Shown piece after piece: positions 27,091 to 36,661 of a stretch of DNA of 64,000 bases; position 1 is the first letter of the stretch, and each line of letters starts with the position of its first letter. The notes below the pieces were generated by a model, which saw only the letters and a list, made by a program, of their open reading frames with translations, did not search any database and was not told where the DNA came from. The stretch comes from a bacterium. Lineage in GTDB: Bacteria; Bacillota_I; Bacilli_A; RFN20; CAG-826. The DNA is taken from assembly GCA_963638555.1 (NCBI GenBank), contig CAVHQU010000001.1, positions 169,309 through 233,308 on the forward strand, in the 5' to 3' direction. The position numbers were made by a program, and so were the translations under genes.

Positions 27091-30012
27091 ATGAAATTCA
27101 GAAAATTTAGAGGAGGTGCGGCAATTGGTGTTTGTGTTCTTTCATTGAGCACATTCGCTTCAATTCTTGCCTTTGAGAACTCTGGGCAAGTCGATATTGC
27201 CTTAGGCATCACAGGTGAGAAAAACACCAAACAAAGTGCATACTCTTCATTAGAAGAAATGCATGTCGCTGAAAAGGCAAATGAAATCCAAACGGAAGAA
27301 GAAGGTTCTGTCCTTTTCTACAATGAAAATAATGCTCTTCCATTATCTAATGCAAAGAAAGTTACTTTACTTGGCAGAACGGCTGCCGACAATATCTTCA
27401 AAGGCGGATCAGGCGGATCAACTACCACAGATGAAACTGCCACTTCCCTTTATGAAGCGTTAACTGCTCAAGGATATTCAATCAACGAAACAGTTTATAA
27501 TGCCTTAAAAGAATCACCAATCAAACGTGCTAGAGGCGATATTGGCGAAGTTCCTGCATCCTTCTACACGGATGATATGAAAAACTCTTTCAAAGAATAC
27601 GGTGATGCGGCCATCATCGTCTTGGGGAGATACTCTGGCGAGCAACAAGACTTGTGCGCTGGAGGTGACTCAGGTCAAGATAATGCGGTTGATGCCAATG
27701 GCGATCCTGTGGATTCTTCAGGTATTCGTATGCTCGCTCTTCATGATGAAGAAAGAGACATGATCAAGATGGCGGTTGAATCAAAAGCATTCTCCAAAGT
27801 CGTTGTCTTGCTTAACACTGTTAACCCAATGGAAATTGGTGAACTCAAAGGATTAGGCGTTGATGCATGTTTATGGGTTGGGATTCCTGGCTATACTGGT
27901 TTTGAAGGGGTTGCAAACATCCTTTCAGGAAAGGCAGATCCTTCAGGTCGTTTAGCTGATACATATGCTACTAACTCCTTAAGTGCGCCTGCAATGAGAA
28001 ACTATGGTTCATTTAACTGGGATAACATCACAGCTTCAGGTCAAAATAAGTACTTGGTTTATGCAGAAGATATTTATATTGGTTATAAATATTACGAAAC
28101 ACGTTACAACGATCAAATATTAGGTATCAACAATGCCACTTCAAGCAAAGGTTGCTATGCTTCCTCTTCTTCTTGGGATTATGCAGCCGAAATGGATTAC
28201 ACATTTGGCTATGGTACATCTTATGCTTCATTCACTCAAAAACTTGATTCATTAAAATGGGACAAGGACGCTCATACTGTCACCGCAAAAGTCACAGTTA
28301 AGAATGAAGGTTCAACTTCTTATACTGGCAAATCTAAGAATACTGTCGAATTATACGCTTCCCTTCCTTATGAAAAAGGCCAAGCGGCTAAATCAGCCAT
28401 TCAATTGATTGGCTATGGCAAAACAAAAGAGTTGGCTAAAGGTGAGGAAGATACAGTCACAATCACTGTTGATGATTATCTATTTGCAACATACGACCAA
28501 AACGCAACAAACGGAGCCGACACAACAAAGAAAGGCTGCTACACATTTGATGCAGGTGAATATTTCTTCGCTATTGGTGCTGATGCTCATGACGCATTAA
28601 ACAATGTTCTAGCTAAAAAAGGCAAAACAGGTCTCTTCGATGCAGATGGTAAATCTGTTTCAGGTGACGTCTCAAAGGTTGCAACTGATACTTTGGCTCA
28701 ATTGGATAACGTTACCCATGCAAAATCTCATGAGAATGAAAATGTTGTTGTTTCCAACCAGTTTGATGATATGGACATCAACTATTTCGAAGATAACGCA
28801 GTCACATATCTAACAAGAGATGATTGGAATACCTATCCAGTTCGTTATACAGGTTTATCTGCGACAGATGATATGAAAACTATCATCGATGGTCATACAT
28901 ATTCAAAACCAGCTGACGCACCAGACATCTCCGAATTCAAATATTCTCAAAAATATGATGAGACCATGATGCTAGCTGAACTCGTCAATGAGCCATATGA
29001 TTCCGATAAATGGGATACGTATATTGATCAATTAACGCCTTCTCAACTTGCCGCAATCACTGGCGAAAAGTTTGGCAACACAGGCTTAACTGACTATGGT
29101 TGCCCAGACAACTCTGCAGCCGATGGCCCAGATGGTATTCAAGCAAACACTGGCTTCTCTCATGTATGCGAAAACCTTGCAGCTTCAACATATAATGATG
29201 AATTATTGAAGAAACGTGGTGAATTCATGGCTGAAGACGGCATGTATTCAGGTCAAAACGGTGTTTATGGATTTGGTGCAAACATGCATAGAACCGTATA
29301 TGCCGGAAGAAACTTTGAATACTATTCCGAAGATATGATTCTTTCTTACCTTGCTGGCGCAGCCCAAACAAAAGCGGCCCAAGATAAAGGATTAACAACA
29401 TACGTTAAGCATTTCTGCGCTAACGACCAAGAAGTTTGGAGAAACGGTTCTTCAACAATCATGCGCGAACAAGCATATCGTCAAGGACCACTCAAAGGTT
29501 TTGAAGGCTCCTTCACCAAAGGAGAATCTCTTGGAACGATGACCTCTAACGCCCGTGTTGGCTTTAGAACAGTTTCTATGGACTATGGCACTATGACAAC
29601 TGTTCTTAGAAACGAATGGGGATTTAAAGGAACGGCCATGACCGACTCCTCTAAAGGTTCAACTCATTATCTCTATACAAAGGAATCAGTTGCAGCTGGT
29701 ATCGATCAATTTAACAACGACGAAACCAGAGGAACAACAGACATGAAAAACTATCTCATCAAGGAAAAAGATGGTTATCTTTGGAAGAGGGCAAGGGAGA
29801 TAGCCCATCACTACTTCTACACAATCTCTAGAAACTTCTGTATGTCTGGTTTATCAAAAGACACAGTTGTCGAATCAAAGACATCTTGGTGGAAAACAGC
29901 ATTAATCGCTTTAATAAGCGTTGAAGCAGTTATCACAGTCGGCTTAGCTGGCACAGCTGCCGTTGGGGGAATCCTCTCCTACAGCAAAAAAAGAAAGGAA
30001 GGTAACGAATAA
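27091..30012 (+). CDS. Glycoside hydrolase family 3 (beta-glucosidase-like), domain-permuted, with N- and C-terminal membrane anchors
   Basis: The GH3 C-terminal-type domain comes first (KVTLLGRTA..; PSGRLADTY). An Fn3-like block follows (FGYGTSYASF). The catalytic barrel blocks come last (KHFCANDQE; GFKGTAMTDS). The protein ends in a TM helix plus KKRKEGNE. Confidence 0.8.
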   Translation: MKFRKFRGGAAIGVCVLSLSTFASILAFENSGQVDIALGITGEKNTKQSAYSSLEEMHVAEKANEIQTEEEGSVLFYNENNALPLSNAKKVTLLGRTAADNIFKGGSGGSTTTDETATSLYEALTAQGYSINETVYNALKESPIKRARGDIGEVPASFYTDDMKNSFKEYGDAAIIVLGRYSGEQQDLCAGGDSGQDNAVDANGDPVDSSGIRMLALHDEERDMIKMAVESKAFSKVVVLLNTVNPMEIGELKGLGVDACLWVGIPGYTGFEGVANILSGKADPSGRLADTYATNSLSAPAMRNYGSFNWDNITASGQNKYLVYAEDIYIGYKYYETRYNDQILGINNATSSKGCYASSSSWDYAAEMDYTFGYGTSYASFTQKLDSLKWDKDAHTVTAKVTVKNEGSTSYTGKSKNTVELYASLPYEKGQAAKSAIQLIGYGKTKELAKGEEDTVTITVDDYLFATYDQNATNGADTTKKGCYTFDAGEYFFAIGADAHDALNNVLAKKGKTGLFDADGKSVSGDVSKVATDTLAQLDNVTHAKSHENENVVVSNQFDDMDINYFEDNAVTYLTRDDWNTYPVRYTGLSATDDMKTIIDGHTYSKPADAPDISEFKYSQKYDETMMLAELVNEPYDSDKWDTYIDQLTPSQLAAITGEKFGNTGLTDYGCPDNSAADGPDGIQANTGFSHVCENLAASTYNDELLKKRGEFMAEDGMYSGQNGVYGFGANMHRTVYAGRNFEYYSEDMILSYLAGAAQTKAAQDKGLTTYVKHFCANDQEVWRNGSSTIMREQAYRQGPLKGFEGSFTKGESLGTMTSNARVGFRTVSMDYGTMTTVLRNEWGFKGTAMTDSSKGSTHYLYTKESVAAGIDQFNNDETRGTTDMKNYLIKEKDGYLWKRAREIAHHYFYTISRNFCMSGLSKDTVVESKTSWWKTALIALISVEAVITVGLAGTAAVGGILSYSKKRKEGNE

Positions 30013-30449
30013 TGAATAACTACATCAAAGGGACCTTGCTTAGAAAAAGAAATATAGGCGAATGGATTACATTAGGCGTCAGCGTCTATATGTTAATCGT
30101 TGCAATCGTTTATCTTATTCTTGATGGCGGAGCAATGAAAATTCCAGATTACTCTAAAACATTAGCGTTCTGGATGTTGATTGCTGGCTCCATACTTGGA
30201 TTATCAACCGCTTTCTATGACGTTCGTTTCCTCAATTCAAGCATTACCCTAGTCTCGTTCGCCTGTTTCTCCGTTGCGGCTGGAAGACAACTCTATCTTG
30301 CCGGTTATCCAATTGCCGATTTAGCTACTGGAGTCAACTGGTTTGGCGGAAGCCTAGGTATTTACCTTGGCATGTTCATCGCGATGATGATTGGCGTTAT
30401 CGTCGAAATATTCGCATTATTCATGAAACAAAGTAAATTTGAAGACTAA
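30012..30449 (+). CDS. Small 4-TM membrane protein co-transcribed with GH3
   Basis: 145-aa ORF whose ATG overlaps the GH3 stop (TAATG). Four hydrophobic helices. Confidence 0.55.
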   Translation: MNNYIKGTLLRKRNIGEWITLGVSVYMLIVAIVYLILDGGAMKIPDYSKTLAFWMLIAGSILGLSTAFYDVRFLNSSITLVSFACFSVAAGRQLYLAGYPIADLATGVNWFGGSLGIYLGMFIAMMIGVIVEIFALFMKQSKFED

Positions 30450-30467
30450 GTAAAGCATTCAACAATA

Positions 30468-30498
30468 AGCATCTAGCCTCTTGGTTAGGTGCTTTTTT
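30468..30498 (+). terminator. Rho-independent terminator
   Basis: 11-bp stem agcatctagcc/ggttaggtgct (two G-U pairs) followed by tttttt. Confidence 0.6.
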
Positions 30499-30552
30499 AT
30501 TTGAATAATTGATACACGCATCCCCTGTTTTTAAAAATAACGTTTCTTTATT

Positions 30553-30580
30553 TTAACAGTCAGTAAATAATGGCTATAAT
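30553..30580 (+). promoter_or_regulatory. Sigma-A-type promoter TTAACA-N16-TATAAT
   Basis: Hexamers at 30553-30558 and 30575-30580, about 48 nt upstream of the aminopeptidase ATG (SD ggagg). Confidence 0.5.
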
Positions 30581-30628
30581 ATTCACATAAATTGGTAATT
30601 TATTATCTAGAAAGATGGAGGAAAACAC

Positions 30629-32404
30629 ATGAACGTCTTCGATAAGAGAGTTGCTCTTCTTCAAGCACACATGAAGAAGGATGGCATTAAAGCATATATT
30701 ATTCCAGCAACAGATCCTCATATGTCTGAGGAATCTCATTCACATTTCACAAGAGAGAGATTCTATTTCTGCTCATTCTTAGGAAATGATGGAACGTTAT
30801 TAGTTACTCAAGATGCTTACTACCTTTACACAGATGGTAGATATTGGGCTCAAGCTGAATGGGAATTAGACGGAAGTGAGTGCAAACTCGTCTATGCTGG
30901 CAGAGCAGGCGTTCCAACTTTAGCCGAATTCGTTAAAGAGAATGATTTATATCCATTAGGCCTAGATTCATCCTTACTTTCTTATGGAGGTTTAAAAGAT
31001 CTTTACAAAGATTCAGAGCATAAGATCAGACAAGTTTCCTATCGCTATATGATTAAAGACTTGCCAGCCTTGCCAAAAGAAAAGATTTGGAAGGTTGATC
31101 AATCTCTTCTCTCCACAACGATGGAAGAAAGAGTTAATGCAGCCATGGATGTCGTTAATAAAGCAGGCGCTAAAGCATTAGTCATCCCAGCCCTTGATGA
31201 TGTTGCCTACATTTTAGGATATCGTGGTAACGATATTCCATGCACGCCCGTCTTCTATTCATATATCTACATCGATGAAACAAGAAAAGTTCACTTATTT
31301 ATCGATAATGAAAAACTTCCTGATGGGGGAATTCCTGAAGTTGAAGTTCATGGCTATGATACGTTCTTTGACTTCCTTAGAGAACATTGTGAAATCAAAA
31401 CATATGTCGATGCACAAAACACAAACGCAAGAATCTGTTCTATTTTGAAGAATAAAGTCTTTGGAAATAACCCTACAATCGCTCAAAAAGCAATCAAAGG
31501 TCCAAAAGAAATTGAAAACACAAAAAAGATTCAAGAAATTGATGGCTTAGCAGTATTGAAGCTCATGAAATATGTTGATGAGAATCTTGGAAAAGAAGAA
31601 CTCACCGAATATGCATGCGCAAAATACATTGACGATGCAAGAAAGAGTGATGATAAATGCTTCGACATTTCCTTTACTACTATTGCCGCTTTAGATGCAA
31701 ATGCAGCCATGATGCATTACCATCCAAGCGAAAACGATTCACCCAAAATCAGTGCTGACAACCAACTTCTTCTTGTTGATTCAGGCGGACAATATTATGG
31801 CGGAACGACTGATACAACAAGAACGTTCATTATCGGTTCCAACGTTTCTGATGAAGTCAAAGTAGACTACACAAAAACACTAAAGTCACAAATCAATTTA
31901 TCTACATGCGTCTTTGAAAAAGGATGCTCAGGTCACGAAATCGATATCATGGCTAGAGAAATCATGTGGAAAGAAGGATTGGATTACAAATGCGGAACAG
32001 GTCACGGTGTTGGCTATATGTCTTGCGTGCATGAAGGTCCAATTGGTTTCAGATATTATCACCGCGAAGGAGTTTACGATGATGCAATTCTTGAACCTGG
32101 ACACATCATTACAATTGAACCTGGTGTCTACAAAGCAAGAAAACATGGCATCCGTTTGGAGAATAATCTTCTTGTTGTTCCTGCATTTGAAACGAATGAT
32201 GGTATCTTCTATAAATTCGAAACAATCACATATGCACCATATGATCCTAGAGGAATCGTTGTCTCAATGTTAACTGATGAAGAACTTGCTTGGGTAAATT
32301 CTTATAATCAAATGGTTTATGAGAAATTATCAGCTCTCATCAAAGATGATTACGATCTCCTTGCATATTTGAAACAAGTAACTTCGCCATTAGTTAGGGC
32401 ATAA
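30629..32404 (+). CDS. Aminopeptidase P family (M24B Xaa-Pro aminopeptidase), long form
   Basis: 591 aa with creatinase/prolidase-type N-domains and an M24 pita-bread C-domain (LLVDSGGQYYGGTTDTTRT; GHGVG; ITIEPGVY). Confidence 0.8.
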   Translation: MNVFDKRVALLQAHMKKDGIKAYIIPATDPHMSEESHSHFTRERFYFCSFLGNDGTLLVTQDAYYLYTDGRYWAQAEWELDGSECKLVYAGRAGVPTLAEFVKENDLYPLGLDSSLLSYGGLKDLYKDSEHKIRQVSYRYMIKDLPALPKEKIWKVDQSLLSTTMEERVNAAMDVVNKAGAKALVIPALDDVAYILGYRGNDIPCTPVFYSYIYIDETRKVHLFIDNEKLPDGGIPEVEVHGYDTFFDFLREHCEIKTYVDAQNTNARICSILKNKVFGNNPTIAQKAIKGPKEIENTKKIQEIDGLAVLKLMKYVDENLGKEELTEYACAKYIDDARKSDDKCFDISFTTIAALDANAAMMHYHPSENDSPKISADNQLLLVDSGGQYYGGTTDTTRTFIIGSNVSDEVKVDYTKTLKSQINLSTCVFEKGCSGHEIDIMAREIMWKEGLDYKCGTGHGVGYMSCVHEGPIGFRYYHREGVYDDAILEPGHIITIEPGVYKARKHGIRLENNLLVVPAFETNDGIFYKFETITYAPYDPRGIVVSMLTDEELAWVNSYNQMVYEKLSALIKDDYDLLAYLKQVTSPLVRA

Positions 32405-32422
32405 TCGATTCAATTCAATATT

Positions 32423-32449
32423 AAGCGTTACATGATGTAACGCTTTTTT
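32423..32449 (+). terminator. Rho-independent terminator
   Basis: Stem aagcgttac/gtaacgctt followed by a T-run. Confidence 0.65.
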
Positions 32450-32470
32450 GTTACGTTTGTTTCATTATAA

Positions 32471-32499
32471 TTGAATTTTAACTAAATTTTACATATACT
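32471..32499 (+). promoter_or_regulatory. Sigma-A-type promoter TTGAAT-N17-TATACT for the A1-B1-A2-B2 cassette
   Basis: -35 at 32471-32476 and -10 at 32494-32499. The predicted start site coincides with ATG 32506. Confidence 0.5.
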
Positions 32500-32518
32500 T
32501 TCGTCATGAGAAAAAAAT

Positions 32519-34108
32519 ATGTGCCAAAAATTATCGCACCTTCTTCTATTTATCTCTACAATCGTCTCCGTTTCTAATTTTGGCGTATCAAGAAGTCAAA
32601 AGTCTACTAACGAAAAAACGTTTTTTTCTAGGAAACTTATTCGTTCAACCAAGAAATCAGAAAAGAATGAGGATTCCTATTTTGATTATAAATTTGATGG
32701 AGCAAACGAATACCGGGAATCTAATGGCGATGAATTTGAAAAAGTTGATTGTATAAACGGCTCAAATTCATCAATAAAAATTCAAAATGAACCGGGCCGA
32801 GAAACTGTATTGAAAGCAGTTACTGAGCCAAATAGTGAAAGCACAAAAACGATTTCATATAACGATATCAAAGAGAATAATGATACTTTTTTAACTGCAA
32901 CCAATATGTATTCAGTTGGTTCATATAAGGACGGAATCACAAAAATGTGGTCTTGGCGTTATGCGACCATAAATCAAAAAACGGAGGGACCGCTTTGGTG
33001 GAAGAAAACATACATTGATAAAGATTTTTATTCGTTCGATGTAGCTTGCAGCGGAACGTTAAATATTTCTTTAACTGAGATTCCATCGAATTGTGACTAT
33101 GACATGCGTTTATATAGATTAGAAGATGAAATAAACGCAAACGCCGCTACATTAAATTTTGATAACTATGAAGGGTGCAGCCGAAATTCAAAAGGCCAGG
33201 ATGAATATATCTCATACTCTGTTGTGCCTGGAACATATTATATTTGTGTTTATTCATATAACGATCAAACTTATGATAATGACAATCCGTATAAAATTAC
33301 GTTTGAAGAAATATCTAATTCCGGAACAAGCGAAACTTCTTACTATATAGATGTCGGGAGAGTTGAAAACGACATAGGAGCTATATGGATAAGTGATTAC
33401 TCTCCTTTCGGTTTATCGCCGATGACTTTAACGGACACCCAAGCAAGGAAAAAATTCACAAACTATGATTGTTACCCATATATACAACATTTAGCGAACA
33501 ATTATGAAGATTGTAGCATCAATTTCGCAGTTCTTTACCTCTGGAATTTGCAAGCGCGTGCTTATATATATGCTTGGGCACAAAACATATTGAACTCATT
33601 ATACAATTACAATAATTGGGCAAATGATTCTGTAAGTTCTTTTGGGGTCCATTTAAACGATGCTTCAATGGCAGTAACAGTTGGTGGGACAATCATAAAC
33701 ACAATAAGCGAAGCCACAATCGCAGAAACTGCAAAAGCCGCTTTAAACTCATTAGGCTTTTTATCCAGTCTCGCTGGATCTGTGATATCTCTAATTTCTT
33801 TTGTGAACTCATTTTCTTTGGAGAATGAGTTTCAAATCAGCAGAAAGAATTTGATTCAATATTTGGTTAATATCAAGGCGGCCTTTGAAATAGGAACCGG
33901 CAGTAACGAAGATCAAACGATAATGCTTAAATTCAGATATCACTTCAGTGAAAAACAATATATTGATTGGTCACCAAGGTACGAATTAGGCGAAGCAAAT
34001 ATGCATAATGAAGATTACGTTTCACTTCAAATTCCAGGTAGTGGGATAAAAGGAACGGCACATGGAATACACTCAACAACCGATTTAGAAAAATATTTAA
34101 GGAGTTAA
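32519..34108 (+). CDS. Secreted protein A1: signal peptide, PPC (pre-peptidase C-terminal)-like domain, novel C-terminal domain with hydrophobic helical hairpin
   Basis: PPC-like pattern NDTFLTAT..DKDFYSFDV..GTLNISL..NCDYDMRLY..PGTYYICVYSY..NPYKITFEE. Hydrophobic stretch at about nt 33660-33810. Homologous to 34605-36176. The true start may be ATG 32506 (see findings). Confidence 0.7.
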   Translation: MCQKLSHLLLFISTIVSVSNFGVSRSQKSTNEKTFFSRKLIRSTKKSEKNEDSYFDYKFDGANEYRESNGDEFEKVDCINGSNSSIKIQNEPGRETVLKAVTEPNSESTKTISYNDIKENNDTFLTATNMYSVGSYKDGITKMWSWRYATINQKTEGPLWWKKTYIDKDFYSFDVACSGTLNISLTEIPSNCDYDMRLYRLEDEINANAATLNFDNYEGCSRNSKGQDEYISYSVVPGTYYICVYSYNDQTYDNDNPYKITFEEISNSGTSETSYYIDVGRVENDIGAIWISDYSPFGLSPMTLTDTQARKKFTNYDCYPYIQHLANNYEDCSINFAVLYLWNLQARAYIYAWAQNILNSLYNYNNWANDSVSSFGVHLNDASMAVTVGGTIINTISEATIAETAKAALNSLGFLSSLAGSVISLISFVNSFSLENEFQISRKNLIQYLVNIKAAFEIGTGSNEDQTIMLKFRYHFSEKQYIDWSPRYELGEANMHNEDYVSLQIPGSGIKGTAHGIHSTTDLEKYLRS

Positions 34109-34110
34109 TC

Positions 34111-34608
34111 ATGATAGAAAAAAATTACATAATCAGCAAATCTCAGCATTTTAAATGGAAATTCAGAAGTGCTTGGCCATTTTATTTAGTGATGGTTTCA
34201 TCCTTTTTGGCAGCATTTTCTTCTTTTGTTGCTATCGGCTGTAAAATCAATTTAAATCAAATGGACAATTCTTATTTCTTTTTATACATAATCTTCTTAG
34301 TTTGTCTTCCTTTAGGACTATTAACGTTACGTTTAATCATTAATTTTTCAAATAAAATTCTTTTCGAAGATGTCAAAGTAGAAATAGACCCATTCACCAA
34401 AACAATAACCGTCACTAGTAAGGATGACAGGGGCAATGTACTAACGACCATAAATAAAATTGCATATAAAAAGGAAAAGAAAAAATATTTCATATTGGGC
34501 AGAGAATGGGGGCGTTTCTTTTACGTCCCGAAAGCCGGAATGAAGAAAGACGACATTAAAACAATCAGAGCAATAAAACCATTGAAAGTTGAGAAATATC
34601 ATCAATGA
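34111..34608 (+). CDS. Small 2-TM protein B1, YcxB-like (candidate immunity/partner protein)
   Basis: SD aaggag, 2 nt after the A1 stop. Two TM helices, then a C-terminal KKYFILGREWGRFFYVPKAGMKKDDIKTIRAIK block (YcxB-like, from memory). Confidence 0.6.
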   Translation: MIEKNYIISKSQHFKWKFRSAWPFYLVMVSSFLAAFSSFVAIGCKINLNQMDNSYFFLYIIFLVCLPLGLLTLRLIINFSNKILFEDVKVEIDPFTKTITVTSKDDRGNVLTTINKIAYKKEKKKYFILGREWGRFFYVPKAGMKKDDIKTIRAIKPLKVEKYHQ

Positions 34609-36176
34609 GAAATCACAAAATCACAAAAAACATATCTTTAGCTTTTTTATTCATTTTATCATCATTGACGCCCTCAGCAAGAAGTCAAAACCTATCATTC
34701 TTTAGTGGGCAAAAAATAAGCAAAAGATTAGAACTCCAAGCATCTAAAAAGGATGATTCAAATTTTGATTATGAATTTGATACTTCTTCCTCTTTCTCAA
34801 ACAATGGGTCCGACGAATTCGAATCTATGGGATTAAACGATGGAAAACGGTCAGGAGAAAAAATAGAAAATAATAACGGGGAAATTTATGTCACAAAAAA
34901 TGAAAACAATGTTACTAAAAGTGATATTTCTACAGCAACTTATAACGATAGCTGCGAAAACAATGACTCTTTTTTAACCGCTTCAAGTGCTTATGCCGTT
35001 GGCACGAACGATGGTGGAATATATAAACATTGGGTTTGGTGCTATGCAACAATTAGTCAAAAAACTGAAGGCATGCTTTGGTGGAAACAGACCTATATAG
35101 ACAAGGATTTCTATTCTTTTGATGTAGTTTCGGTTGGAACTTTAAAGGTTACTTTAAGTGATATTCCTACTAATTGTGATTATGATCTACGTTTATATAA
35201 AATTGAAGACAAATTAGAATGCTCATATGCCAGTTGTAACTTTGATGATCCGATTGCCTCAAGTGCAAATGCATCGAATACGGATGAGAATGTTTCGATT
35301 TCGGTTAAACCTGGAACATATTACGCTTGTGTCTATTCTTACAAAGACCAAACTTTTGATAACAACAACCCATATAAATTGACATTTGAAGAGGATGTAG
35401 ATGACACAAGGTATGGTTCATATTATTCTATAAATAATGGAAGAAATGATGGAGATTTAGGTGCAGTATGGCGCAGCGACTACAAACCGTTAGGAATTAC
35501 TCCAGTAAACATATCAGAAGAAAACGCCCAAGTAGGTCTTGCAAATTCATCCACTTATCCGTACATAAAGCATTTGATTGATAAATATTCTTCTGACGAA
35601 AAAATTACATACGCCATAGTTTATGTATGGGATGTTGAACTAAGAGCGTTGATACGATCTGCATTACAATTGATATTAGAAGAAATCTACGAAAGAGAGG
35701 AAACATATTTCAATGCATTTAATATAAGTTGGAATGCGGCAAATTTATTTATTTCAATAGGCGGCCTTATTGTAAGCACTATATCTTTGGCTAATATAGC
35801 AACATCGGCTTTATTAACTGGTGCAATAACCGCAACTTCACTTTCGATGGGTTTTATTTCAACAATTTTATCATTTGCTATAGGTTATCAATTCCAAATA
35901 GAAAGACAAGAATTGATAAATTATTTAATAAATGCAATAAGCGCCTTTGAAGTTGGAAAAGGAAGCAATAATAAAGAAGTCGTAATGTTAAAGTTCAAAT
36001 ATAGGTTCATTAAAAAAGAACGTTGGTATTTAGATTGGACTCCATCTTATGATGTAGATGGTCAAAATAGATATAACGAAGATCAAATTACTCATCAATT
36101 GAAAGGAAGTCCAATAAACGGAAGGATAATAGGTTTTCAAGACGAACACACTCTATACAACTTATTAGGATTTTAG
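34605..36176 (+). CDS. Secreted protein A2 (paralog of A1)
   Basis: ATGA overlap with B1. Signal peptide MRNHKITKNISLAFLFILSSLTPSA. Same PPC block (TYIDKDFYSFDV, NCDYDLRLY, PGTYYACVYSY, NPYKLTFEE) and same C-terminal architecture (YPYIKHL, MLKFKYRF). Confidence 0.75.
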   Translation: MRNHKITKNISLAFLFILSSLTPSARSQNLSFFSGQKISKRLELQASKKDDSNFDYEFDTSSSFSNNGSDEFESMGLNDGKRSGEKIENNNGEIYVTKNENNVTKSDISTATYNDSCENNDSFLTASSAYAVGTNDGGIYKHWVWCYATISQKTEGMLWWKQTYIDKDFYSFDVVSVGTLKVTLSDIPTNCDYDLRLYKIEDKLECSYASCNFDDPIASSANASNTDENVSISVKPGTYYACVYSYKDQTFDNNNPYKLTFEEDVDDTRYGSYYSINNGRNDGDLGAVWRSDYKPLGITPVNISEENAQVGLANSSTYPYIKHLIDKYSSDEKITYAIVYVWDVELRALIRSALQLILEEIYEREETYFNAFNISWNAANLFISIGGLIVSTISLANIATSALLTGAITATSLSMGFISTILSFAIGYQFQIERQELINYLINAISAFEVGKGSNNKEVVMLKFKYRFIKKERWYLDWTPSYDVDGQNRYNEDQITHQLKGSPINGRIIGFQDEHTLYNLLGF

Positions 36177-36178
36177 CT

Positions 36179-36661
36179 ATGGAAAATTTAGTAATGGTTT
36201 TAAATGTTAGTGGTTTAAGGAAATGGAAATTTCAATCAGGATGGGGCTACCTAATACCAGCAATTATAGTCATCCCATTTTCAATTTTTATTGCCGTTGA
36301 ACTCATTTTAAGCGTAAATGGTAATATCGAAAGACTTCAAACTGCAAACATATATACATATTGGTACTTCATATCATTATTGTTATTACCATCGTCAATA
36401 ATGCCATATAAGCATTACTCCAAGGAAATGTATGGTAAACAGTTAAAATTGAAAGTTTCATTCGACGAAAAAGTTGTAACCGGGACATTCATGGCAAAAA
36501 ATGGAGATACTCGTTCTAACAAAATAGAAATTGAATATGTAAAAGAATATGTCAAATATTTTAAGATTGGAAGAAGTTTCTACAACTTCTATTTCCTTCC
36601 AAAAAGCAAATTATCTAAAGAGCAATTAGAAGCAATTAGAAGCTTAAAAAAGCCTAATTAG
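36179..36661 (+). CDS. Small 2-TM protein B2 (divergent paralog of B1)
   Basis: Starts 2 nt after the A2 stop. RKWKFQSGW and VKYFKIGRSFYNFYFLPKSKLSKEQLEAIRSLK mirror the B1 blocks. Confidence 0.6.
   Translation: MENLVMVLNVSGLRKWKFQSGWGYLIPAIIVIPFSIFIAVELILSVNGNIERLQTANIYTYWYFISLLLLPSSIMPYKHYSKEMYGKQLKLKVSFDEKVVTGTFMAKNGDTRSNKIEIEYVKEYVKYFKIGRSFYNFYFLPKSKLSKEQLEAIRSLKKPN

Noticed and set aside
34605-34608. Alternative genetic code (TGA=Trp, code 4), given the Mollicutes-like features
   Set aside because: TGA terminates ORFs at positions consistent with paralog lengths (B1, the DUF6883-like remnant). Conserved proteins such as guaA, clpB and glf are full length under code 11 and need no TGA read-through.
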